The notes beneath the pieces are model-generated. The model searched no databases. It was not told the DNA's origin and saw nothing but the letters and a program-made list of their open reading frames with translations. Positions 19,465 through 28,229 of a stretch of 64,000 nucleotides of DNA are shown here, in pieces. This stretch comes from Candidatus Parcubacteria bacterium. GTDB taxonomy: Bacteria > Patescibacteriota > Minisyncoccia > UBA6257 > HR35. Location: the NCBI GenBank assembly GCA_026004495.1, contig BPJG01000001.1:70470-134469 (forward strand), written 5' to 3'. The number at the start of each line of letters is the position of its first letter. Position 1 is the stretch's first letter. The position numbers were made by a program, and so were the translations under genes.

Positions 19465-20987
19465 TTTTGTTTAATACCTGCCTTAAAATAAATTGGATCT
19501 TCGTAGGGGTGAAGGAAAATTTCTGGTTCTAATTGTTTTTTATATTTTTCTGAAGCCGTTGAATAAAGATGATTATATTCTGTTGAATGTTTAATTAAGG
19601 AGTTTACTACTTCTTTTTTAATTCGTTCTTTTAATTTAAAAGCCGGTTTTATATTCTTTTTCATCTCTATATGAATATGCAATTTTTGATTGTAATTTTT
19701 ATCATAGACAACTTGCATTGTAAATTTACCTGTAATATATTTTTGTAGTTCTGATTTTAATAAAGCTTGTCTAATATATTCAGGATATAAAATAATTCCA
19801 AACAAGGATACAGTAAAGTCAGATCTTTCATAAACATATACGAATGGCAATTTAAGAATTTTATCTTTTATTTTCAACTTCTCAGATTCTTTAAAGATAT
19901 CGATGCCTACTTCTTTTAATCTTTTTATCATTTCATCAAAATAAATAACCCCTCCATAATCAGGGAAACTATATCTTAGAATAGGAATTGAATCTCCATG
20001 TCCCGAGGCCAAGATTAAGCCATCTTTTTCTTCAAACCAAACAATATAAGGATGGTATTGAGCTAAAGTAGGAGTTCTGGTAGCGTCTCTAAAGAGATTT
20101 CTAAAAACTTTATCTTTTTCAACAGCAATGTGCCTTATTAGGTTGGAAAAAGCTGTTTCATGTGCCATAGTTCCAAGTTCAACTGTACCATAAATATTGA
20201 TATTATCATTAAGCATATTTTCAAGATTGACCTTATTAGCGATATACTTTCTAAAGCTTTCAGGAAAGCTTTCAGCAGCATTTAAGATTCTTATTTTGAA
20301 TTTTTTAAATTGAACCCCGGCTGATACTGCTTCGTCGACTAAATCCTTGACAGAAGGAGGATAACCAACAAGAATTATTTGATCGTAATAAAATGATAGT
20401 TTTTGGAAAGTTTTTAATATTAATTCTTTATTTACTCCTATAGGAGCAACTGTTAATGGATATTTTTCGCTGAGTCTGTAGTAAACATAATAATTATGTA
20501 ACCCCCCAATCCATATACCTAATCCAAAGCTCAAAATAACTAAAGTATTAAATTTATTAATACCCCATTGATTTAAAAAGGCAGTTTCTAGTACATACAA
20601 TCCCTGTTCATCCAAATTTTCTCCTCTAATAAAATAAAAAGGCTCACCAGTAGAGCCCGAAGTTGCTGAAATTGTTGTTAGATTTAAATTTTCATTTGGA
20701 TAGAGTTGTTGATAAGGATATTGGCGAAGATAATTATTTTTATTCATAATTGGTAATTTAGCTAAGTCTCTAAAACCAGTAATTTCTCGATAATTAATTC
20801 CATTTTCTTTTAAGAATTGTTTATAAGCTGGTGTTGTTTCAATGGTAAATTTTACTAGTCTATCTATTTGTTTTTTGCCTAAATTCAACCAATAATCAGG
20901 TGGTCGTGTTTTTAATTCCTTCAATCTTTTATCTATGTTTTTGGGATATTTAAAATATATAAATTTTTTGTCCATTATGTTTCCCAT
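19449..20987 (-). CDS. Adenylate-forming enzyme, phenylacetate-CoA ligase / F390 synthetase (PaaK/CapK-like) family
   Basis: SATSGSTGEPFYF corresponds to the TSG(T/S)TG.P AMP-binding motif of the PaaK family. The size and C-terminal lid region are consistent with that family. Confidence 0.65.
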   Translation of the reverse strand: MGNIMDKKFIYFKYPKNIDKRLKELKTRPPDYWLNLGKKQIDRLVKFTIETTPAYKQFLKENGINYREITGFRDLAKLPIMNKNNYLRQYPYQQLYPNENLNLTTISATSGSTGEPFYFIRGENLDEQGLYVLETAFLNQWGINKFNTLVILSFGLGIWIGGLHNYYVYYRLSEKYPLTVAPIGVNKELILKTFQKLSFYYDQIILVGYPPSVKDLVDEAVSAGVQFKKFKIRILNAAESFPESFRKYIANKVNLENMLNDNINIYGTVELGTMAHETAFSNLIRHIAVEKDKVFRNLFRDATRTPTLAQYHPYIVWFEEKDGLILASGHGDSIPILRYSFPDYGGVIYFDEMIKRLKEVGIDIFKESEKLKIKDKILKLPFVYVYERSDFTVSLFGIILYPEYIRQALLKSELQKYITGKFTMQVVYDKNYNQKLHIHIEMKKNIKPAFKLKERIKKEVVNSLIKHSTEYNHLYSTASEKYKKQLEPEIFLHPYEDPIYFKAGIKQKWVIK

Positions 20988-22072
20988 TGTATAAAGGGTG
21001 GTTTTTTAACCGAGATGGCCGATGGTGGATCAGCTTTTCCTATTCTCATTACTGCGGTTAAAATATAATTATTTTTATCTACTTTAAATAATTCACATAA
21101 TTTTTGATAAGAATTATTAATAATGTTTAGCTCTTCTTCATTAAAAATATTTTTGTTTCCAAAATTAGCCTGTTGCCAAAAGAAAAATATTCCTGTAATT
21201 AGATGACAAGCTAAGTTTAACTTTGTAGCTCTAAGCCAAATATTTTCTATAAGCCTACCAAGATTTATAAATTCCTTATCATTATTAATAATAGAAAAAC
21301 CAATCATTGTGTTAGTAGCTGAATACATTTTAACTGTGTCTTTATAAATAGTTCTTACGATTCCTAATTTCTTCATTAATTTAAAGAAAGTAGTATTCCT
21401 TAAAAGTTTAATCATTAATATTTGAGGTGGTTTAAACTCCATTGTTTTGATATATAATCCCCTTTCTCCCTTTTGAGCTTTTTCTTTATCAAAAATGATC
21501 TCATTAAAAAGCAATTTTCTAAGATGGTCATTGTTAAAATTCAAATAAGTGTCATAAGCCAATAAACTGCCAATTTCATTTATTAAATCACCTTCAATTA
21601 TTGAAACCTTACAATTAGAGAAAAAATTAACTTCATTTAATAAATATTTTTTTTCTTCTTCTGTTAAGGCCTCTTTTTTGTAATGGTTTCTATTGGTTGT
21701 TCTTTTTTTAATATATTCATATAAGTCATCTTTCTCTTCAACGCCTGACTTTTCTAAAATAATTGAGGCTATGATATTATTTTCAAATTTCTCATTTATT
21801 GTTATTATGGGATTTAATTTATAATGCTTGGCTGTAATTACTATATTTTCAATTAAAGCCCCACAAGCAATTAAAGTACCTCTATTATTGTAATTTAATA
21901 TTGGATGATCTTTTTCTGGTAAATATCTTATTTTTATCGTATTTTGAGAAGCAATAAATTCCCATGGTTGAGAATTGCTTCCAGATGGAGCATTTAAGCT
22001 TTCTTTTAAAATATTTTCTATTAAAGATTTTTCAGGCATTTTTATTAATAATATTTTACAGCATATAATCAA
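20975..22072 (-). CDS. Double-domain nitroreductase-family protein
   Basis: NAPSGSNSQPWEF is the nitroreductase signature. A second lobe follows at about residues 200-365. The likely true start is MPEKSL at 22039. Confidence 0.7.
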   Translation of the reverse strand: MIICCKILLIKMPEKSLIENILKESLNAPSGSNSQPWEFIASQNTIKIRYLPEKDHPILNYNNRGTLIACGALIENIVITAKHYKLNPIITINEKFENNIIASIILEKSGVEEKDDLYEYIKKRTTNRNHYKKEALTEEEKKYLLNEVNFFSNCKVSIIEGDLINEIGSLLAYDTYLNFNNDHLRKLLFNEIIFDKEKAQKGERGLYIKTMEFKPPQILMIKLLRNTTFFKLMKKLGIVRTIYKDTVKMYSATNTMIGFSIINNDKEFINLGRLIENIWLRATKLNLACHLITGIFFFWQQANFGNKNIFNEEELNIINNSYQKLCELFKVDKNNYILTAVMRIGKADPPSAISVKKPPFIQWET

Positions 22073-22075
22073 TAT

Positions 22076-23188
22076 TTACAATTTTTTTAATTTTTTGAGG
22101 AAATATTTTTGTTGTTTTTTAAAATCTTTAGGTAAAATCGATAACATTTTATCAATATTTAATAAAATTCTTCCTTCTTTAATTTTTCCACCAAGAATAA
22201 TTTTTTTTGATAAATAAGAAACAGCTACACCGCATAAAGTTGCAGCATTACCTAATTGTGGCCAAGAATAAATTGTTTTTCCAACTTCTATTAATGAATA
22301 TAACATTCTTGGCGTTGCTAAATTAGCGCCTGCAATTTTGGCTGTAATCTTTATCATATCTTGAGGATTTAAATTTTTTAGATTTTCGGAAGATAAATTT
22401 CCCAAAAGACCATGAAGAATAGGATAATTAGGATTTAAATCGTATCTTTCGATGTCAATTAAAATATTATCGGCATGGTCTGTTGCCATAATTACAGGAA
22501 TTCTATATTTTTTAGCTTTCTCTCTTATTTTTATTTTGAGATAGAGATTATCCATTTCTTCAATTAAAACATCAATTTTAGGTTTAAGTAAAAAATTATC
22601 TATATTTTTATAAGTAATACCTTCTGAATAAATTTTCAAGCTTGCATAAGGATTTATTTCATAAATTTGTTGAGCACAATAAATTGCTTTATTAATTCCA
22701 ATCGACGAAATAGGATAACGTAATCTATTTAAATTAGATAAAGAAATTTCATCATTATCAGCTATTTTCATATATCTAGCTCCACCTATCATTGCGAGTG
22801 TTAAGGCTATATGAGAACCCACACTAAGACCTGCTATCCCTATTCTTGATTTATAAAACTTTATTTGTTCATCTTTGGTTAGAAGGTAAATATTTCTCGC
22901 AGTTTTAGTTTCAAAAAATTCTTTTTCATCTAAACAGTGAATTAATTTTTTATTCCAGGGGAAATATATCCATTTACCAACTTTATCTAATGTTTTATTT
23001 TTTAATTTTTTCTTTAAAAAATTTTCAAAATCTTGTTGATATTCTTTGATAAATTTATATTTAGGATTTTTAATTAAAAAATAATCTTCTAATTGTTTTT
23101 CGTAATTATCTATGATTTCTGATGGGTTTAATCTCTTTTTTAATAGCTCTAAACTTATATGATGAGCGTTAAAAATTAATGGCTTCAT
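22076..23188 (-). CDS. ThiF/E1-like adenylyltransferase with a roughly 110-aa N-terminal extension
   Basis: RIGIAGLSVGSHIALTLAMIGG...MKIADNDEISLSNLNRL (Rossmann motif plus the D.D....NL.R E1 motif). No CxxC zinc pairs were seen. Confidence 0.75.
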   Translation of the reverse strand: MKPLIFNAHHISLELLKKRLNPSEIIDNYEKQLEDYFLIKNPKYKFIKEYQQDFENFLKKKLKNKTLDKVGKWIYFPWNKKLIHCLDEKEFFETKTARNIYLLTKDEQIKFYKSRIGIAGLSVGSHIALTLAMIGGARYMKIADNDEISLSNLNRLRYPISSIGINKAIYCAQQIYEINPYASLKIYSEGITYKNIDNFLLKPKIDVLIEEMDNLYLKIKIREKAKKYRIPVIMATDHADNILIDIERYDLNPNYPILHGLLGNLSSENLKNLNPQDMIKITAKIAGANLATPRMLYSLIEVGKTIYSWPQLGNAATLCGVAVSYLSKKIILGGKIKEGRILLNIDKMLSILPKDFKKQQKYFLKKLKKL

Positions 23189-23427
23189 TGTCTAATTTGA
23201 ATATTATTTTAAATTATATCACAATCAATATAGTTTTTAAAAAATTATTTATTTTTTACTTATTTATTTCTCAATTTCTTAAGAAATTAAGAAAAACAAA
23301 ATTTTCTAATTTAATACATACGATGTCTTATTAATTTTTTTCATTATTCATCTCTATAGCAGAAAATAATGAAAATGCTTTGGAGTTTTGGAAAAATAAT
23401 AAAAACTTTGAATAAGGAGGTAAGACC

Positions 23428-23658
23428 ATGAGAGCCGTTCGAGTTGAAGAGCTAGAAATAATTTGTCACGAAGTAAGGCGCCGGATGTTCCAAACCATCC
23501 TCAATGCGGGAAGCGGTCATCTCTGTAGTTCGTCTTCCTCTGTGGAATGCATTTTTAGAAGTCTACAGAAATTTATAAATCTATATGTCTTCTGTTTAAT
23601 TTGTTTTGGTAATGTAAAATCCCATTCAGAATCTATACCCGGAGAACTGAAAGTATAA
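23428..23658 (+). pseudogene. Transketolase N-terminal fragment (only about 45 homologous residues)
   Basis: A strong SD (aaggagg, 23415-23421) precedes the ATG. MRAVRVEELEIICHEVRRRMFQTILNAGSGHLCSSSSSVECI resembles the transketolase ...R..I..M...AGSGH.GGSLS.VE.. motif. Homology is lost after about 23560. GC is much higher than in the flanks. Confidence 0.55.
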
Positions 23659-24723
23659 AGAAGTGATAGTCTGCTGTTTATAGAACTAGTAATTTCAAGA
23701 AGATGAGATAGAGTCATCCCATATCCGATAGAAGCAGAAACTGGTTTCTGGCTATTGTAATTGATCCCAAAAAGAAGTATTCTGCTGTCGATAAATTGTG
23801 TGGTAGTAAAATTGCTTCCGTGTATATTCTTTTGCCTACCCAGTTTTGTAGATGCCTCTCGACAAAAAATATATCAACGGCTAAAATTTATTGCTAAATT
23901 GAATAAAGCTCGTTGGCAATTGATGAAACCTTTTCATTTGGGTTTTTTATTTTGTGTAAAAACTCCTTGAAAACACCTCGCGCATTTGACTGATTGATTT
24001 CTAAATTTTTTAAGTAAGGGTATATTGCATTAAAAATACTAAGAAATTCTGAGTCAAACATTTGATCTATAACGCGGTCGCTCATGTTTGTACCAATTCA
24101 ATTATATCTCTCAAATGACCATTCGTCGTCTAGTTTTTCTAATGAGTCAGCAACCATGGCTTTTGCACCTGGAGGCGAAAATTTTTTTCATTTAGTTGCT
24201 TTACAGCTGGATCTTTGAATAACGGGTTAGGATAATTTAATGATTTTTCTCCGTTATGTTTAACGATAAATCTTTTCTCCTTGTAGATATCAAAGACCGA
24301 ACGAACGAATTCCTGATACAATTTGTTGTTTGTATTGAAGTAATTGTCGTAATCACAGCTTATCTGAATACTTTTCAAATCTTTCAGAATTACATCGCTA
24401 AAATAATTCAGAACGCTTATTGGTTCAGTAAATTTATACAAGTGACTTTTCGGGATCTTATAAAAATTGAAAATAAGATCTAATGTTCTTTGATCTGTAT
24501 CATTTAGTTTTCGTTTTTGTAGAAAATTTGATACTGCATTGGCAATTTTAAAAACGGTAGAACCGCTATAATGCATGCAAATTGGGAATCGAACAGAAAA
24601 TCCCTGTTTTCGTTTCCATCTAGCCCAAACGTCAGCCAATACAAAAATCCTTGCATGACTTAAACTCAGCGGGCACACCGGATGCATGTGAGCAATATCA
24701 ATAAAATATTTTTTATCTTCCAT
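23517..24723 (-). pseudogene. Class I aaRS-like (archaeal/eukaryal LeuRS-like N-terminus) gene, degenerate HIGH motif, broken downstream
   Basis: The 24139-24723 ORF reads FIDIAHMHPVCPLSLSHARIFVLADVWARWKRKQGFSVRFPICMHYSGSTV, matching P..sG.lH.GH.R.y...Dv.aR..R..G..V.FP...H.tG.p. Two in-frame TAG codons lie at 24139 and 24130. Frame changes follow, leaving pieces at 23894-24085 and 23517-23717. Confidence 0.5.
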
Positions 24724-24726
24724 AGC

Positions 24727-25341
24727 TTATATAAATAACGGTTTTATTTTTTCAAAAATTTTTCGGTGCCCAATTTCGTTAGGATGAATACCATCTTCGG
24801 AAAGCAACCCTAGATAATCAGACCTTAGCCATTCTTCAGCAATACTCAAAAAGGCGATATTCTTTTTTTTACACTCATCGCCAATGATCTTTTCATACGT
24901 TACGATTTTTTCATTCAAAAAATATACATTGTCCAATGGTGTTGTTTTTCGTTCGTCAACCGGGGTTAAACCAACGAAAATAATGTGATTGGTGTATTTA
25001 CTTGCGTTCTTAATGAGAAGTCTTATATTGTTTTTGAAGCCTTCTGCATTTGTAATAGGGTTGTCTATGGATTCGACGCATTTTGTATCGTTGATACCTA
25101 CTGCGAAAATGATAGAGGAATGATCGTCGGGATAAATTTTTCTACATCTTGCTTCAGCCTCAATTGGAAGTCGTTTAATAACTTCATTGGTTGATTCACC
25201 CGAGATGCTTAAATTATGGGTAAGAGTAAAATCTTTATCTTTTTTATCAAATTGTTGAATTAAAAGAGAGGGCCAAGATTTTATTTTTTCCACTTTTCTA
25301 CCCGCCGCTATGCTGTCTCCAAAAATTAGTATGTTGTACAT
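24727..25341 (-). CDS. SGNH/GDSL hydrolase
   Basis: ILIFGDSIAAG (block I), GINDT (block III), DGIHPNEIGH (block V). The gene is GC-richer than the genome background. Confidence 0.8.
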   Translation of the reverse strand: MYNILIFGDSIAAGRKVEKIKSWPSLLIQQFDKKDKDFTLTHNLSISGESTNEVIKRLPIEAEARCRKIYPDDHSSIIFAVGINDTKCVESIDNPITNAEGFKNNIRLLIKNASKYTNHIIFVGLTPVDERKTTPLDNVYFLNEKIVTYEKIIGDECKKKNIAFLSIAEEWLRSDYLGLLSEDGIHPNEIGHRKIFEKIKPLFI

Positions 25342-25412
25342 TAATTATTTTAAATTAAGTTTAATTTTTTATTTGTACGAATTATCTAATATAATAATGA
25401 CCTAATTATAAC

Positions 25413-26177
25413 TTAAAAATCAATAAATTTAAAAAGGAAAGGGAAAGATGGTGATCCAAGAAATATAGAAGTGCGTAAGTCCTCAAATCGCACCCCTTTT
25501 TCATTACTTTGAATGATTAACTTATATTTTTTGAGGTTCCAATAAGTCTTTATAAAGTTTCTTATTGCTTCTCGTCTGATTTGTTCTATAATCTTTTCAT
25601 AATAATTATCTAGAAATAATTTCTTAAAATAAAATAAAGCGTAAAGATTATCAAGAAAATAATCTCGAGGATCATCCATAACCAAATTGTTTCTATTAAT
25701 CAAATATTTTTTAATTAACTTAATTTCTTCAACTTCAGGTAGAATTTTTATTTCATTAAAAATAATATTTAAAATCTCCCTAATATTTTTTAGATCACTG
25801 CTAAATTCTATATAAACATAACCAAAATTATTGCCAGCTAGATAAGATCCAGAATAAACATCATAAATCAGACCATTTTCTTGTCTTAAAATTTTAAATA
25901 ATCTACTATTTTGCGGACCAGCTAATGTATTTAAAATAACCCCTTGTAAAATTGAATTCTCAACCCCAGTTTTTCTACTAATAGAAGGAATAATTAGACT
26001 AACACTTATGGTTTTTAGGTTGTGGTTGTGATTAAAAGCAAAATTTTTATTAAACCAATCTTTAGAATTAATGTGGATATCAATAGCTTTGGGATTTTTC
26101 TCAATATTATCAAATTGTTTATTCAATATATTTTTTAATTTATTAATCTTAAAGCCCCCTGTTATTGCTAAAATCAA
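25413..26177 (-). pseudogene. M16 (insulinase/pitrilysin) peptidase C-terminal half only
   Basis: ILAITGGF...LGVILNTLAGPQNSRLFKILRQENGLIYDVYS matches the M16 inactive-domain pattern. The ORF starts at a TTG, with an in-frame TAG 6 codons upstream (26196-26198). No catalytic HxxEH half is present. Confidence 0.6.
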
Positions 26178-26486
26178 TTGACTTCTCGAAATAATCTAAT
26201 ACAGTTACTACTGTCCCTTCTTTCGCCATCAAGGAAGATTCGTAACCTCCGCCACAACCGCATTCTATGCATTTTAAATTTATAAAATTTCCTATTATCG
26301 ATTTATAGTGATTATTTAATGCTTCGTTACAATAAAAATCCCATTTATCATTAATTTCAAATATATCGCCATGTTTTTTATAATAATTTAATCATTTTTT
26401 CCCAGTGATTATCCCAAAAGCGTCTTTCATCTAAAGCAAAGTCTTTTCGATGAAAAAATAATAAATCTATTATTTTTGTTAGCCAT
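26155..26486 (-). pseudogene. Class I SAM methyltransferase, multiply frameshifted and truncated
   Basis: Three frames give MANKNNRFIIF, then FHRKDFALDERRFWDNHWEK, then KKHGDIFEINDKWDFYCNEALNNHYKSIIGNFINLKCIECGCGGGYESSLMAKEGTVVTVLDYFEKS. The breaks lie at T and A homopolymers (about 26450 and about 26395). The gene ends within the M16 fragment. Confidence 0.6.
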
Positions 26487-26493
26487 CTGTTAA

Positions 26494-26867
26494 TCATTTT
26501 TTTATTAATCTTTTTATTATTTTTAGGGGCCTAAAATTTCTACTTATTTCTTCAAAATTTTTTTTACATATATCTCTATTATCTTTTGGGTAGTTACAAA
26601 GATAAATATCTAAAGTAAGGTAATTCAATTCAGGCCAAGTATGAATAGTAATGTGAGATTCAACCAAGCTAATCGGATCAGTGAAACCACCAGCAGAAAA
26701 TTTATAATAAAAGGATCCTAATTCGTGTATATTATATTTTTTAACAATGTTGTGAATGTATTTTTTCGTTTGATTTAAAGATTTCAGTTCTTCAACTTCT
26801 TTTGTGGTAATTTCTCCTAATATATGAAGTCTGGTAAATGGTCCGTTCTTGTTTTATTCATACACAT
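26494..26867 (-). pseudogene. S-adenosylmethionine decarboxylase (SpeH-type) paralog, start region out of frame
   Basis: The translation LGEITTKEVEELKSLNQ...FSAGGFTDPISLVESHITIHTWPELNYLTLDIYLCN contains the ESH..IHTWPE pyruvoyl-enzyme motif. This frame has no ATG, GTG or TTG. The upstream ATGs at 26861 and 26867 are in another frame. A TA-dinucleotide slip at about 26821-26826 would join them. Confidence 0.6.
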
Positions 26868-26885
26868 CCTTTTATTGAATGATAA

Positions 26886-27920
26886 CTAATGTGTTCCTTT
26901 TTCTACAATTTCAAAAAGGTTTTTTGAGCAATCAATTACGGCCTTAACACCTAATGGTATTGTAAGTATAGGATCAGTATGGCCTATATCAACATTAGCA
27001 AGAATTGGAAATTTATAACCAGTAGTTCTTATTTTAACTAATCTTATGGCTTCTTTTTTTTCTTTATCAGAATAACCAAAAAACCTTCCAATTATCATTC
27101 CTTTGACTTTTTTAAAAATACCAGATAACTCAAGATCAGTTAAATAAGAATCTATATTTTCTATTCTTTCTCCTCTTGTAAAGTCATTATCACTCTCTGG
27201 TATCTCCCAAAAAAGAATTTTGTTAGTAAAATCAGGCCAATATTTTGTCCCTCTTAAATGCATCATTGAAGTAATACAGCCACCCAAAATTGGTCCTTCT
27301 ACTTTACCTTGTTTTAACCATTGCCAACCTTTGTTCTTTTTCATTTTTCTTGGTCTTCTTAGATCTTCTTTTTTAAACCAATCAAGAATTTCATAGGTCC
27401 AACAAGAAGAAGGCTTAATCACACCGATAGGTTTGTCTTCCATTAATGCTTTTTTAAAATATTCTTCAGTATAAGGGAGTATTCTTGGGTTTTCTGCAAA
27501 TTGAGTAAGAGCTGCTGGCCCATAAAATGTTATTAAATTTGCCTGGGTATAAAACGCAAAATGTAAAACTGTAGCGTCGGAATAACCAACAAAAATTTTT
27601 GGGTTTTTCTTTATGAGATTAAAATCTAAATATTTTAAAACTTGATTAGAGTGATTTCCTCCTATAAAACAAATTATTGCTTTAACTTCTTTATCTTTAA
27701 AAAATAAATTAATATCTTCTGCTCTTTCCTTAGGCGAACCGGCAGTATAACCAGTAATATTTAAAGCATTTTTACCAATTTTAACTTTAAATCCCATATT
27801 GTTTAACATTTTAATAGCTCTTTTTGTTCTGTGTGGTACTAAACCAGCAAGTGGGGCTGATGGACTTATTAATCCGATTGTATCTCCTAATTTAAGTTTT
27901 GGTGGTTTAATTAATTTCAT
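26886..27920 (-). CDS. S66 serine peptidase (LD-carboxypeptidase LdcA / microcin C7 immunity MccF family)
   Basis: LKLGDTIGLISPSAP, VGYSDATVLH (nucleophile Ser), DIGHTDPILTIPLG (catalytic His). Confidence 0.85.
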   Translation of the reverse strand: MKLIKPPKLKLGDTIGLISPSAPLAGLVPHRTKRAIKMLNNMGFKVKIGKNALNITGYTAGSPKERAEDINLFFKDKEVKAIICFIGGNHSNQVLKYLDFNLIKKNPKIFVGYSDATVLHFAFYTQANLITFYGPAALTQFAENPRILPYTEEYFKKALMEDKPIGVIKPSSCWTYEILDWFKKEDLRRPRKMKKNKGWQWLKQGKVEGPILGGCITSMMHLRGTKYWPDFTNKILFWEIPESDNDFTRGERIENIDSYLTDLELSGIFKKVKGMIIGRFFGYSDKEKKEAIRLVKIRTTGYKFPILANVDIGHTDPILTIPLGVKAVIDCSKNLFEIVEKGTH

Positions 27921-27933
27921 ACCTATTTTAAAG

Positions 27934-28227
27934 CTATTGGAAAATTATGGATGAATTTGACCCTCTACACATAGGAATGGTTTTGTTTCCCAGATAAAAG
28001 GTAATTTTAAAATTACCTGGATAAATCTTTCTATCCCCATTCCCCAACCGCAGTGAATTTTTTGTTTTTTTACTACTCTTGAATCGATATATGGTTGATA
28101 ATCTGTATAACATAGCCCCTTTATATATAACAAAATCTTTGTCTTTAATAATATCTAAAATTACTCCTCTTAATTCATTGTAGGCTATATCAGTGCAGTC
28201 AGTTATAAAAACAATTCGCTTTTTCAT
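27934..28227 (-). pseudogene. Mosaic remnant: short N-terminal piece plus class II aaRS (Asp/Asn/Lys-type) motif-3 C-terminal fragment in another frame
   Basis: Frame A reads MKKRIVFITDCTDIAYNELRGVILDIIKD.... Frame B (27945-28133) reads ...YTDYQPYIDSRVVKKQKIHCGWGMGIERFIQVILKLPFIWETKPF, resembling the class IIb ending ...H.G.G.G.eR......g...Ir....FP. Confidence 0.45.
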
Positions 28228-28229
28228 AA

